Source: Candidatus Bathyarchaeota archaeon (GTDB taxonomy: Archaea; Thermoproteota; Bathyarchaeia; Bathyarchaeales; Bathycorpusculaceae). Taken from it: 64,000 nucleotides of DNA. The translations under genes and the position numbers were made by a program. The notes under the pieces are model-generated. The model ran no database searches. It was not told where the DNA came from and saw nothing but the letters and a program-made list of their open reading frames with translations. Positions 1 through 10,516 of the stretch are shown here, piece by piece; the stretch's first letter is position 1, and every line of letters starts with the position of its first letter. The stretch covers positions 576,001 to 640,000 of the forward strand of contig OY970340.1 of the NCBI GenBank assembly GCA_963717465.1. The letters are read 5' to 3'.

Positions 1-1
1 A

Positions 2-487
2 GTGTGCGCCATTCCGCCTCATTTATTGAACAAATACTACAACAGGTACGATATCCCTACGACTGCAGTACTTATGGAACTTGCTAATGATTGGGGATGC
101 GATATCCTTTTAATGCTTGAAAATGAAGAGGCAAAAAAAATCGCAATGATGATGGCTATGGTCCCGAAACCGGAAGATTTGGACCCCGCAATGGAAGAAT
201 CCGCAATTCAAGAGCTCGCCAACATAATAATCGGGTCATTCTTAACAGCAATCTCTGACTTCAGCGGCGTACAACTCATTCCAACTCCACCGCAAAGAGT
301 AGTTGACTCGTTTGATGCCATACTTGACAACTTCTTAGTAAAACAAGCAATGTTTGTGGACAAGGCATTAGTGTTTAACACATGCTTTAAACGTGCTGGA
401 GAAGATGCAAAATCGATACTGATGATTTTTCCAAGTGAGAAGCTACAAAGACGTTTAATAGAGAAATCAAAGGAGTTGCTAGGTTAA
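2..487 (+). CDS. cheC: Chemotaxis phosphatase CheC (5' partial)
   Basis: ESAIQELANIIIGSFLTAISD CheC motif (E..N); truncated at window edge. Confidence 0.85.
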   Translation: MCAIPPHLLNKYYNRYDIPTTAVLMELANDWGCDILLMLENEEAKKIAMMMAMVPKPEDLDPAMEESAIQELANIIIGSFLTAISDFSGVQLIPTPPQRVVDSFDAILDNFLVKQAMFVDKALVFNTCFKRAGEDAKSILMIFPSEKLQRRLIEKSKELLG

Positions 488-510
488 CCAATAATGGAAG
501 ATGCAAGAAA

Positions 511-1173
511 ATGACAAAAGCCAGAAAAAAGCAAAAAAGCCAAAATGGAACTGAAGATCCGAAACTCGACTTAAGTTCTAATATAAGCGAAATTGATATT
601 CTGACTGAAGTTGGAAGCATAGGCGCTGGCAATGCATCAATTGCACTTTCAAGAATGATAAATGAACCTATTAAAATCGAAGTTCCAAGAATACATTTTG
701 TATCACCACATGTCATCCCAAGAATTTACAATAAACACGATACAAATGTAATTGCGACTTTTATGCAGTTAAGAGGCAAAGCGGACTGCGACATTATGCT
801 GATTTTTGAAGAAAAAGAAGCTGAAAAAATTGCTAGTTTAATGGCAAAGGGCGCATTGATAAATTCAAAAGCAATGAGAAATTCTGCTTTAGAAGAATTA
901 GGTTCTATCATGATTGGTTCTTTCTTAAGTGCAATAGCGAATTTTACAGGTTTAGAACTAATTCCGACACCACCTCAAGTAATATTTGACGATTTTGACG
1001 CATCAATCGATGAACTAATTGCGAAACAAGCACTTTGTTCAGATGTTGCTGCAGTCTTTGATTCGCGATTTAGAAGAGAGAATAGTTCAGCTGAAGGATT
1101 GCTTATGATATTTCTAAGCAGAACAATTAGGCGAAAACTTGCTGAAAAAAGTAAAATATGGCTAGAGGTCTAA
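511..1173 (+). CDS. cheC: Chemotaxis CheC-family protein, second copy
   Basis: TEVGSIGAGNASIALS and SALEELGSIMIGSFLSAI CheC repeats; the motif Asn is Ser in both. Confidence 0.8.
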   Translation: MTKARKKQKSQNGTEDPKLDLSSNISEIDILTEVGSIGAGNASIALSRMINEPIKIEVPRIHFVSPHVIPRIYNKHDTNVIATFMQLRGKADCDIMLIFEEKEAEKIASLMAKGALINSKAMRNSALEELGSIMIGSFLSAIANFTGLELIPTPPQVIFDDFDASIDELIAKQALCSDVAAVFDSRFRRENSSAEGLLMIFLSRTIRRKLAEKSKIWLEV

Positions 1174-1191
1174 ATGAAATCAACAGGATGA

Positions 1192-2055
1192 ATGAATATA
1201 ATCGAACAGAAAATAGCCAATGATGATCTCTTGGAGAATATGGCTTTTGAGAGATTAAAAAAAATTCTTTCAGAGACTTTAGGAGTCCAATTTAGCGGTT
1301 ACCGGGATGAATATCTTAAAAGAAGAATAAGCATCAGATTAAGAGCAACAAACACGAACAAATATTTAAGCTACATTTCGTACATAAAGAAAAATCCTGA
1401 AGAAGTCGATAATTTGTTCAATGACTTAACAATTAACTATACAAGCTTTTTCAGAGACAGTGATGTATACAATTACTTAGAGAAAAAGATCTTTCCCAAG
1501 ATTTTTGAATCTGACTCTGTTAGAATATGGAGTGCTGGGTGCGCGTCAGGAGAAGAACCATACTCTTTAGCTATTTTAGTTAACAAGGCAATTGATTTGC
1601 AAGTAACGAGAAAAACGCCAAGTAATGCCATTATTTTTGCAACAGACGTAGACAAGGATGCTTTAGCAAAGGCATCGCTTGGCGAATACAAGAAAACTCA
1701 ACTTCAAACACTAGATGAGGCATCAATCGATAAATATTTCACTAAAGAAGGCGAAATTTATCGAGTAAAGGATTGCCTAAGGCGCTATGCAAAGTTTGAA
1801 AACGCAGATATAATGAAGCCTCCAGCACATACAAATTTAGATTTGATTCTATGCAGAAATGTAATGATTTATTTCTTAAAAGAAAGCCAGCAAGTGGTCC
1901 ACATGCATTTCTTTAACGCATTAAAAGAAGGAGGCTTCTTCGTGGGCGGCAAAGCTGAGATTTTAAGCGGGGAGCCAAGTCAAAAGTTCGTCCAGTATAA
2001 CGCGGAAACCAGAGTTTACATTAAGCCAAAAGCAAATAGCGTCCCTGCTGTGTAG
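1192..2055 (+). CDS. cheR: Chemotaxis protein-glutamate methyltransferase CheR
   Basis: TINYTSFFRD, RIWSAGCASGEEPYSLA, LILCRNVMIYF motifs. Confidence 0.95.
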   Translation: MNIIEQKIANDDLLENMAFERLKKILSETLGVQFSGYRDEYLKRRISIRLRATNTNKYLSYISYIKKNPEEVDNLFNDLTINYTSFFRDSDVYNYLEKKIFPKIFESDSVRIWSAGCASGEEPYSLAILVNKAIDLQVTRKTPSNAIIFATDVDKDALAKASLGEYKKTQLQTLDEASIDKYFTKEGEIYRVKDCLRRYAKFENADIMKPPAHTNLDLILCRNVMIYFLKESQQVVHMHFFNALKEGGFFVGGKAEILSGEPSQKFVQYNAETRVYIKPKANSVPAV

Positions 2056-2064
2056 AATGTTTTC

Positions 2065-2115
2065 AGGTTCTCTTGTCCTTCTTTTTTGCTTGTTTGTTTT
2101 CTTTTTTGTTTGTAA
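2065..2115 (+). terminator. Oligo-T tract, archaeal-type intrinsic terminator
   Basis: Long T-rich run right after the cheR stop. Confidence 0.5.
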
Positions 2116-2185
2116 TTAAAAACATGCACATACCCAAATAACGTTCTTAAAGGAAATTTCAAGTTGCACGATTATGTAAATTAGG

Positions 2186-4195
2186 GTGAAAATGCTCTTG
2201 TCGATTTCAGATAATGATCAATACAGACAAATATTTATCGAAGAGGCCAAGGAACATATAGAAACATTAACCAAGTCTTTGCTGGATTTAGAGAAAGATC
2301 CCGAAAACAAGGATGTTGTCAACATGCTATTTCGGTCAGCGCACACTCTAAAGGGATCTTCAGGAATGATGGGATTTAAGGATTTTCAAGAATTAACACA
2401 TTCGATGGAAGACATTTTTGATCATATGCGCGAAGGCGATAAACCAACAAGCGTTCTAATTAGCACTCTTCTAGAATGCGTCGATACACTTTCTGACAGG
2501 CTTGATAAAATTCAAAATAATACAGAAGGAGAAATAGATGTCGCTAGCATGAAGCAAAAATTACACAGTTCAGACCAGCCAAAACCAGATAAGGTTGAGA
2601 AAAAACAAGACCAAATTTCTTTGCCAAAGAATCTTGAATTAGACAACAGTGAAAAAGAAGCCTTAAAGAAAGCTGAAAGCTCAGGAGAACATGGCTACAA
2701 CGTTGAATTAAAATTCAGTAATGACTGCGCCTACAAGAATATCCGTGCAAACATGTTGCTATCTAGAATCGAGGAATTGGCAGAAATCATCAAAACAATT
2801 CCAAGCCAAAAAGAGTTCGATGAAAAAAACCTTGAAAACGGACTGAAAATTGCAATTACAACCAAGTCAAGCGAAAAAGAAATTGAAAACTGCGCTCGGC
2901 AAGTTTTAGAAGTCGAAAACGTTAACGTGACAACATTAGAGACTAGCATCTCAAAAGAAACCAAACAGCCAGTTGCTCAATCGGTTGTGCAACAAGCAGA
3001 AGACTTGAGAATAGTAAATGAGGTACGTTCAGCCCAAACCGTTAGAGTCAAGTTCGAACAACTGGATAAACTGATGAATTGGGTCGGAGAACTAGTAATC
3101 AACAAGATAGCTTTGCTTCAGGTAACAGCTGATAATAGAAGTGAAGCGTTAAAGCGGATTACTGAAAACATCGATCGGCTAACATCGGATTTGCAGGATC
3201 TTGTAATGCAAGTGCGAATGGTGCCTGTGAGCCAAATATTTGATAGGTTTCCAAGAATGGTTAGAGATTTGGCACTTGCAAGCGGAAAGCAAATCGAGTT
3301 AATAATGGAAGGAAAAGAAATAGAAGTTGACAGAACTGTACTAGACGAGATCGGTGAGCCACTTATTCACTTATTGAGAAACAGCATAGATCATGGAATT
3401 GAATCAGTTGATGAAAGAAAAAAATTGAATAAAGATCCAAAGGGCAAGATTAAACTGTCTGCGCTTCGTAACGGCGACACTGTGATTATTCATGTTGAAG
3501 ATGATGGTGCGGGAATAGATCCAGAAAAACTTAAGGCTGCAGCCATTAGAAAGGGCTTTTCAACAGAAGCTGAACTTGCGAAAATGAGTAGAGAACAAAT
3601 AATAAACATGATTTTCCTGCCTGGTTTTTCAACAGCTAAACAAGTCACGGAAACAAGCGGTAGAGGTGTAGGCATGGATGTGGTGAGAACCAAGATTACG
3701 GCTTTAGGTGGATCGGTTCATTTTGAAACTCAGGTTGGAAAAGGAACAAAAACAATAATAAAATTGCCTCTTACCTTAGCGATTATTCAAGCTATTTTGG
3801 TAAAGGATTCTGGTCAAACATTCGCTATCCCTACTAGTCAAGTTTCAGAGATTGTGCGAGCAAAGAAAAACGAAGTAAAGTCCCTGGGCAAAAAAGAAGC
3901 TATCATTGTCAGGGATAAGGTTATTCCAGTCGTCCACTTGCATAAACTTCTCGGTTTCAGAGGAGAAGAAGAAGAGGAATTTGAACTGCTAATATCTTAT
4001 ATCGGTGACGAAGAAACAAAACTGGGAATAGTGGTAGACTCAGTAATAAGGCAACAGGACATTCTAATTAAGACTTTAAGCGATGCATTATCCGGAATTA
4101 AAGGCATCAGCGGCGCAACTATATTGGGTGACGGACAAGTGGTTTTAGTGTTGGATGTTGCACAGTTCACCAACCGGCATCGTAAAGGAAGCTAA
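2186..4195 (+). CDS. cheA: Chemotaxis histidine kinase CheA
   Basis: Hpt LFRSAHTLKG, HATPase EDDGAGID/GRGVGMDVV, C-terminal CheW domain. Confidence 0.97.
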   Translation: MKMLLSISDNDQYRQIFIEEAKEHIETLTKSLLDLEKDPENKDVVNMLFRSAHTLKGSSGMMGFKDFQELTHSMEDIFDHMREGDKPTSVLISTLLECVDTLSDRLDKIQNNTEGEIDVASMKQKLHSSDQPKPDKVEKKQDQISLPKNLELDNSEKEALKKAESSGEHGYNVELKFSNDCAYKNIRANMLLSRIEELAEIIKTIPSQKEFDEKNLENGLKIAITTKSSEKEIENCARQVLEVENVNVTTLETSISKETKQPVAQSVVQQAEDLRIVNEVRSAQTVRVKFEQLDKLMNWVGELVINKIALLQVTADNRSEALKRITENIDRLTSDLQDLVMQVRMVPVSQIFDRFPRMVRDLALASGKQIELIMEGKEIEVDRTVLDEIGEPLIHLLRNSIDHGIESVDERKKLNKDPKGKIKLSALRNGDTVIIHVEDDGAGIDPEKLKAAAIRKGFSTEAELAKMSREQIINMIFLPGFSTAKQVTETSGRGVGMDVVRTKITALGGSVHFETQVGKGTKTIIKLPLTLAIIQAILVKDSGQTFAIPTSQVSEIVRAKKNEVKSLGKKEAIIVRDKVIPVVHLHKLLGFRGEEEEEFELLISYIGDEETKLGIVVDSVIRQQDILIKTLSDALSGIKGISGATILGDGQVVLVLDVAQFTNRHRKGS

Positions 4196-4330
4196 ACCGT
4201 AAAAAAAGCTAAGCTTCAGTTCTTCTTTTATTTTCTAGATTTTTATGCAATCAAAGTAAGACATATTCCTTAGTCGGAAGAGCATTTAATTGTAATAGCG
4301 TATTTTCCAGAGTGAAAGGCGCGTGGATTT

Positions 4331-4699
4331 ATGACAGAACACACCGAATTAAAATCAGACAATGCTCGAAATGTAATATTAAGTTACGGCGAGACGGTCT
4401 ATTTTGTTAGTAAAGTTAATGTTAAGTTCCAAGAAGGCTTCGAGAAACTTAAAGCCGTTTTTCACGCGAGAAGAGCAGCAGACAATCAAGTTCAAGATTT
4501 AGAAGTTGAAATAAGCCAGGAAACTTATAATTTGCTGATTGAGTACACGAAACTGAATAAATTGGACTTAATTCTTGTTATAAGCATTGAAGGCAACGAA
4601 TCCAAATGGTGCCTTTTAAGTGAAAATTGGCTAAGAAACCAATCAGGCCTCAATTTTTCAGACACAGAATCATGTAGCAAAACAAGATATATCGTCTAA
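4331..4699 (+). CDS. Hypothetical protein within the chemotaxis cluster
   Basis: 122-aa ORF between cheA and cheW; no motif recognised. Confidence 0.6.
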   Translation: MTEHTELKSDNARNVILSYGETVYFVSKVNVKFQEGFEKLKAVFHARRAADNQVQDLEVEISQETYNLLIEYTKLNKLDLILVISIEGNESKWCLLSENWLRNQSGLNFSDTESCSKTRYIV

Positions 4700-4837
4700 T
4701 TCTTTAATCTACTTCTAATTCTTTGATCCATTTCAAATTTTTGATCTACAATATTTACTCTACATACGTAACATCAATTCATAAGCATCAAATATCTAAT
4801 CGTGATACGAATTGTCAAAGCACCAGGAGACTAATAC

Positions 4838-5350
4838 ATGGTTGACATGGATAAGAAAACATTAAGAGAAGAAATCCAAATGTTGACATTCTCAGTCAGC
4901 AAGGTCTTTTACGGAGTTAATGTTCAGCAAGTACGTGAAGTAAAGAATTTCGAAGGTGTAACACCCGTGCCTTATGCACCTAGTTACGTTAAGGGAGTCA
5001 CAAATCTTCGTGGAGAAGTCATTCCCGTAATCGACCTTAAGAAACGCTTTGGAATGGCCACTCAAGAAGGAGTTGACGAAGCAGGCATAATGATAATAGT
5101 TCAAGGTAAACATCCGGTAGGAGTAATGGTTGACTCAGTTCTTGAAGTACTAACGCTTCCAAAGGATGATATAGAAACAAACCCTGACAGTTTAATCGTT
5201 GATAAATCAGAATCCATAATCGGCGTTGCCAAACACAACAATGAACTGATACTATTGCTTGACCTTGCCAAAATCGTATCTAAAAACATTGAAAAAGACG
5301 ATGGAAAGGGATTTCAAATTCAAGTTGAAAACGCACCCATTAAACAATAA
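4838..5350 (+). CDS. cheW: Chemotaxis coupling protein CheW
   Basis: GVTNLRGEVIPVIDL motif. Confidence 0.95.
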   Translation: MVDMDKKTLREEIQMLTFSVSKVFYGVNVQQVREVKNFEGVTPVPYAPSYVKGVTNLRGEVIPVIDLKKRFGMATQEGVDEAGIMIIVQGKHPVGVMVDSVLEVLTLPKDDIETNPDSLIVDKSESIIGVAKHNNELILLLDLAKIVSKNIEKDDGKGFQIQVENAPIKQ

Positions 5351-5371
5351 TCAATCTTTTCGAGGTTTGCT

Positions 5372-6388
5372 ATGGGGCAAATCAAAGTTCTTGTTGTTGA
5401 CGATTCAATACTAGTGCAAAAAGTAATTTGTGATATTTTTAAAAAGGATCAATCAATATCCGTAATTGGAATCGCCAAGAATGGCGAGGAGGCACTTCAG
5501 AAGATTGCAGAGTTGCATCCTGATGTCGTGACAATGGATATAGAAATGCCAAAGATGGATGGATTAACCGCTGTTCAAAAAATCATGGATGCAAACCCCC
5601 TTCCAATTTTAATGGTTAGCGCTCTGACACAGAGAGAAACGAAAATTACATTCAAGGCTTTAGAGTTTGGCGCGGTAGATTTTATACCTAAACCTTCAGG
5701 TTCATTTTTGCTTGATGGGGAAAGTATTGAAGAAGAATTACTCTCAAAAGTTAAAACAGCCGCTGCCGCAGACGTGAAGAGAATCAAGCGTCCAACGATT
5801 GAGAGAGTTTTGCCTCACAGAAAATTCAAGGACAAAGTGATACTAATCGCTGCGTCAACAGGTGGGCCACCTGCCGTAAATCATGTGCTTAAGAACCTTC
5901 CTAATGACATGCCACCTATTTTGGTCGTTCAACATATGCCTAAAGAGATAACTAGGCTTTTCGCTCAAGGCTTGAACGAGAGATGCAAATTCCAAGTTAA
6001 AGAAGCAGAGGAAGGCGATACTGTTCATGCAGGTCTTGCTTTAATTGCACCAGGCGGGTTTCACATGGTCATCACCGGCGATGGCAAAGTCAGCCTAAAT
6101 GAAGACCCAAAAGTAAATTTTGTCCGTCCATCGGCTGACATCATGATGTTTTCAGCCGCGAGTGTTTTTGGTGCTAAAAACGTTGGCGTTATACTCACAG
6201 GTATAGGCTCTGATGGAGCGAATGGAGTAAAAGTCATAAAAGAGAAAGGCGGAACAACAATTGCGCAAAACCAAGAGACCAGCCTTGTATTCGGTATGCC
6301 CAAAATGGCTATAGAGACTGGTTGCGTTGATGTTGTTGCTCCTTTGGAGCGCATTCCAGAAGCGATAATCAGTGCATGTGAAGAATAA
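5372..6388 (+). CDS. cheB: Chemotaxis response regulator/methylesterase CheB
   Basis: REC domain (VVDD, DIEMPKMDG) plus ASTGGP, QHMP, GIGSDGA esterase motifs. Confidence 0.97.
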   Translation: MGQIKVLVVDDSILVQKVICDIFKKDQSISVIGIAKNGEEALQKIAELHPDVVTMDIEMPKMDGLTAVQKIMDANPLPILMVSALTQRETKITFKALEFGAVDFIPKPSGSFLLDGESIEEELLSKVKTAAAADVKRIKRPTIERVLPHRKFKDKVILIAASTGGPPAVNHVLKNLPNDMPPILVVQHMPKEITRLFAQGLNERCKFQVKEAEEGDTVHAGLALIAPGGFHMVITGDGKVSLNEDPKVNFVRPSADIMMFSAASVFGAKNVGVILTGIGSDGANGVKVIKEKGGTTIAQNQETSLVFGMPKMAIETGCVDVVAPLERIPEAIISACEE

Positions 6389-6549
6389 GGATTTGAGCCC
6401 TAACTTCATTTGCTAGTTGCTTATCTCGAATTAGAAGCTTGTTTTCAAATATTGATTGTCAAGCGTTTGTAGTTAATGTAATGGACAAATGCTATTATCC
6501 ATAAAAAAACTCTTTGATGTCAGGATGGAGTAGCATAACGGTGTATTGC

Positions 6550-7113
6550 ATGGGGACAGAGATTAGAACATTTAATGCACTTAAAGAAATATCAGATTAT
6601 TTAATAGATCAATTAACCCAGTATAGATCATCGTATGATGATTATAGTGAATGGCTGGGCACATTGCTTAGGAGTTGCGAGGAGACTAGTAAAAATGAGG
6701 ATTGGTATCAAAAGTCAGCTGCAGCACAGAAAAGTACGCGGTCTCCACCAAAGAAAGCGCCTGAATCAAAGTCCGCTGACAAAAAGGGAACAAAGAAGGG
6801 TGAATCTTCAATTTGGATTCCGTCGGGAACAATACTTATTTCATCGACAGAACAAGGGCAAGCAGAAATTTTGTTTGAAGCAGTTGAAAAGATCGGGGTT
6901 AAGCTTCAAGAGATAGAGAAATTTAAGGCGTCTCTTCAGCAGCTTGAACGTGTGGGTTTAGGAAAGAACGTTAATTATGTTCTTTACATTGAGGATGATG
7001 TTCCTAAGAAAATGGTTACCCGCTCAAAGAACGACATGAACACTGAGGAAGCGTTCAAATTTGAAACTGAGTTTTCCACTCCAGCTTTTTACAGTGATTT
7101 TCCTATCAAATAG
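6550..7113 (+). CDS. Hypothetical helical/coiled-coil protein
   Basis: Clean ~187-aa ORF; function not recognised. Confidence 0.65.
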   Translation: MGTEIRTFNALKEISDYLIDQLTQYRSSYDDYSEWLGTLLRSCEETSKNEDWYQKSAAAQKSTRSPPKKAPESKSADKKGTKKGESSIWIPSGTILISSTEQGQAEILFEAVEKIGVKLQEIEKFKASLQQLERVGLGKNVNYVLYIEDDVPKKMVTRSKNDMNTEEAFKFETEFSTPAFYSDFPIK

Positions 7114-7201
7114 AAAAATTGTAGCAAAAAACCTTGTTGGGTCATCTACAAGGTTAAATATGAAAAAGTTGAATAATAGACACAGCAGGGTGACCAATTA
7201 T

Positions 7202-7733
7202 CTGCCCAAAGTATGCTGTTTCGGGCGTAACAGTTTCAATAAGAATTGACAGTATTCAAGCTGAAAGAACAAGTCAATTATTCCCTACTGCAGACCTATT
7301 TTTTGATGTTAATGCTAAACTTGAAGAAAACAAGAAAGGCACCAATCAAGTTGCCCTCAGCTTCAACCTGCTGATATCTACTAAGCCCAACATTGTCAAG
7401 TACACAACAATCGGAACTGTTAACTTAGATGGACCAGCAGAAGAAATTAAAAAGAAACTTGAGCCAAACCCGAAAACAAAAATTCCACAAATCCTATTTA
7501 CAGTTTACCAACTTGTTTTTAACCCAATCTACATGCTAGCAGGAGTCCTAAACACCCCTTATCCACCGCCTGACTTACTCCATTCAATGTCTGAGAAAAT
7601 CAAAATTTTGCCAGCCACCGAAGAGCAACCTTCTCAACCAAAAAAAGAAGCCACTCCTCCCCCAGCACAACCAAAAACAGAAGCAACTCCTGCACCAACA
7701 GCAGAAAACAAAGAAACACCTAAGGCAACATAA
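7202..7733 (+). CDS. Hypothetical protein, possibly SecB-like fold, with a Pro/Ala/Thr-rich tail; longer than the ORF track shows
   Basis: Frame open from 7194 to 7733 (KYAVSGVTVSIRIDSIQAER...LNTPYPPPD) with no ATG/GTG/TTG until 7533; GGGTGA SD-like motif upstream of a CTG at 7202. Confidence 0.55.
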
Positions 7734-7842
7734 ACGAAGAAAGGATAACTGTAACATAAAAATTAATTGAAAATAAAATCTCCAGCAAGGTCTACAGCCG
7801 ACCTCTAATGTTTTTTTTAGCAAATAGAAAGGGGAATGGGGT

Positions 7843-9267
7843 TTATGGTTGCCATTTATCGATTAGATATTTGGGTATATCTGAAGAGTCTCGTGGGCCA
7901 ACTTGAACTGTCCATCCGCTTAATTCTTCTATTTCACCGCTGAGTTTCGACGCCTTGCCGGGAATAATTATTTTCCTGTGCTTAACTTTGTTTTCGACTC
8001 CTGATGATTTAATTGCGTCAGCAACTCTATCTGCAGTCAATTTTCGTCCTGCAACTCCACTATCGATGGCTGAGCCTCCGGTATCAACAACTATTAAGTA
8101 AGCGTTTAATTTGCCGCTTTCTATGTCAGAGGCTACTGTATAGTACGTCATTGCAAAGTTAGAAGTGAAAAACACGGGCGAGTTTTCATTTGGAATACCG
8201 AACACTTTAAGGCCTGGAGCAACAGCCACGGGTTTACGTGGATCCGTGTAAATGTTCTGCCTTAGCACCGTAACTGGTAGAAGGGACCAGCCGTCTAAAC
8301 TATGCATCACAAGAATGTCAGAGTATCGAAGAATAAGCATTGAAGCAAGGTGCGATTCGCGCCACTTAACTATGTCTTCTGCTGTTTCACCTTTGTCCAG
8401 CCAAGCAACCATGGGAACACCCATCAGAGGATAGCCGGCAAGTTCTTCGCCTTCTTTGCATGCAGCTCTACGCAACATTGTAAAGTTGTTTAGTGTATCG
8501 GCGATACCTTCATTTGTGAAAGTACCTGGATCTAGCACTATGTCCTTTAAACCATAAGCAACCAATGTTTTAACTAGTGAAAGCAAAGCTGTAAGATCGT
8601 TCGGCGCCGAAGCTACCAATGGGCAATTGTACATTAAGGCGAGTTCAGCCATATCTTTCCAGTTTTCACTGGTCGCAGCATAAAGAAGTGGTCTCGCGTT
8701 AAGCGCCGCTGTAAGTCCAGCTTCAGCAATGTTAGGGCTAAAAGTGCATAAAATGATTGGCAGATTAGTGGTTTCAGAAACCCGTTTGACGGCTTGCTTA
8801 AATTTTTCAGCGTCGCCTGAAGTGCATCTGATAGCTATCATGTCCAGTTTTAAGGTGTTACCGATGTATTCGAAACTGTAGTTTTCTACTCGTCTAATTC
8901 TAGAAACGAGTTCTTTTTCAGAGATTTCATCTGTCACGTCAATTGCAATTGCTGTAGGGTTAAAGTATGCAAATTCATGGCGGTACATGACAAGTTTGCC
9001 GCCGATTCTTTTTGCATTTTCGCCCACCCCGACAACTATTTCTCTGACTGGAGGGCTTAGCATTTCTTTAAGTTGATTGTAAGCTTTCTCGTTCTCCCTC
9101 CTTAGAAGCGGTGGACATGATTCAAGTGTTGCTTCGCGGTTGACGATTTTTGTTGAAAATGCCATGCAGTTTTGGAGACCGCATTCTTTGCAGTTCATTT
9201 TAGGCAAGAGTTTATAGATTTCTATCGGACTTAGTTCTTTTATGCCTGCTTTCTTTTTTCCACTCAT
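7843..9267 (-). CDS. cdhE: ACDS/CODH gamma subunit (corrinoid Fe-S protein, large)
   Basis: LPKMNCKECGLQNCMAFS Fe-S motif, NIYTDPRKP; operon context. Confidence 0.95.
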   Translation of the reverse strand: MSGKKKAGIKELSPIEIYKLLPKMNCKECGLQNCMAFSTKIVNREATLESCPPLLRRENEKAYNQLKEMLSPPVREIVVGVGENAKRIGGKLVMYRHEFAYFNPTAIAIDVTDEISEKELVSRIRRVENYSFEYIGNTLKLDMIAIRCTSGDAEKFKQAVKRVSETTNLPIILCTFSPNIAEAGLTAALNARPLLYAATSENWKDMAELALMYNCPLVASAPNDLTALLSLVKTLVAYGLKDIVLDPGTFTNEGIADTLNNFTMLRRAACKEGEELAGYPLMGVPMVAWLDKGETAEDIVKWRESHLASMLILRYSDILVMHSLDGWSLLPVTVLRQNIYTDPRKPVAVAPGLKVFGIPNENSPVFFTSNFAMTYYTVASDIESGKLNAYLIVVDTGGSAIDSGVAGRKLTADRVADAIKSSGVENKVKHRKIIIPGKASKLSGEIEELSGWTVQVGPRDSSDIPKYLIDKWQP

Positions 9268-9282
9268 ACCAATTGCCTCTCT

Positions 9283-10516
9283 TTAAGTCTTAGCTGTAAC
9301 CCAATTAGGAAACTTTGAAGGTTCAGCTTTTTGACCGCTAACCAGATTGTTAATGATGTCCTTCATGGTTTTTACCGCAGCAGGATGTGCCATCATGAAC
9401 AAGTCAACTCCTGCCAACAAAAGAGTTAAAGCAGTAGTTAGTTCCCACAAGGGACCTCTAAGTTCACGTGGTTCCCACTCAACAGGCATTTTAAGCCAAG
9501 CTTCACGTGCCGCCCACGCATTCGTTGTACCAGAAGACATTGGATGTGCCAATTCAGAGTCACCCATCAAGGCTCCGAGCCTGGCGTGCTCCATATTAGT
9601 GAAAGAGTATTCTAAACCGTATCCTAAGGCTGCAGTAGTCAAATCCATAACGATGTCATCTCTGCCTAGGAAATCGTACAGGCGACGATTAAGTTCCCGT
9701 CCTAAGTTCAAGTCCATCGGGGAAAAAGCCAGCGCTGCATGGCCCGTTTTTTTAACGCATTTTGCGACTCTTTCAATATCCATGTCGCCAGTGATTGAAC
9801 TAATTAGAAAGCGTTCTCCTTGGAAAGCGTTACATACTGCTTCGAATACCTCTGCGTCTTTAGCTGAGTCACCGCAGCCGCCGATTACAAGGGGCACATC
9901 AACTGCTTGCAAGACTTTTTCAACTGTTTTAACAGCATCCTGTGGTTTAGTATCTTTAAGCAGCGGGTCAATGCTGATTAAGTGGATGGTAACCATGTCA
10001 GCACCAAATTTTTCAACTGCAAGTTTTGCCCAAGCTGCAGGGTCGCCGATCACTTCACTAACGTGCATTTTAACAGCTTTTGAAAGGGGAACTTCCATGT
10101 CAAAAACGTCAAGAGTTATAACTGGCTTGTGAGCTGTTGGCTGCTCAAAAGTGTAGAAAGCAGGAGAAGTCTCTCCGCCAATTATTATTGAGCTGCGTCG
10201 TGTTCCACCCTCGCTTTTTGTCGCGCCCAGTTTTACCTCAGCAATTCTTACTAGTGTAGGCACCCATTGGTGGCGAAAATGGTGCGGGTAAGATTGCGGT
10301 TGGCTTGCCACCCTTGATGCCTGGAAGCTTAATTTTGGGAATTAATTGACCAGTTGCCGATGGTTCGAAGACTATTTGCAACTCTTTTAAGTCCATCTGA
10401 AAGTCTTCAAGTTCAAGTTGCTGAGACTTAGCAAGCGCGTCTAATATGTCGCTGAGGTTTAGCCCTTCATTAGACGTTTTCTTTTTGTCAACCTCGCTAT
10501 TTGCCAAAAAGATCAC
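9283..10516 (-). CDS. cdhD: ACDS/CODH delta subunit (corrinoid Fe-S protein, small), one frameshift near 10250
   Basis: ORFs 10238-10516 and 9283-10311 join; EVKLGATKSEGGTR, ALGYGLEYS, NAWAAREAW. Confidence 0.9.

Noticed and set aside
7620..7733. Short internal repeats (EATP units)
   Set aside because: Ordinary low-complexity protein tail.
9347..10132. Long antisense or overlapping ORFs (for example 261 aa opposite cdhD, 204 aa within acr3, 14928-15215)
   Set aside because: The long ones are shadow frames of well-supported genes; the intergenic one has no recognisable motif.
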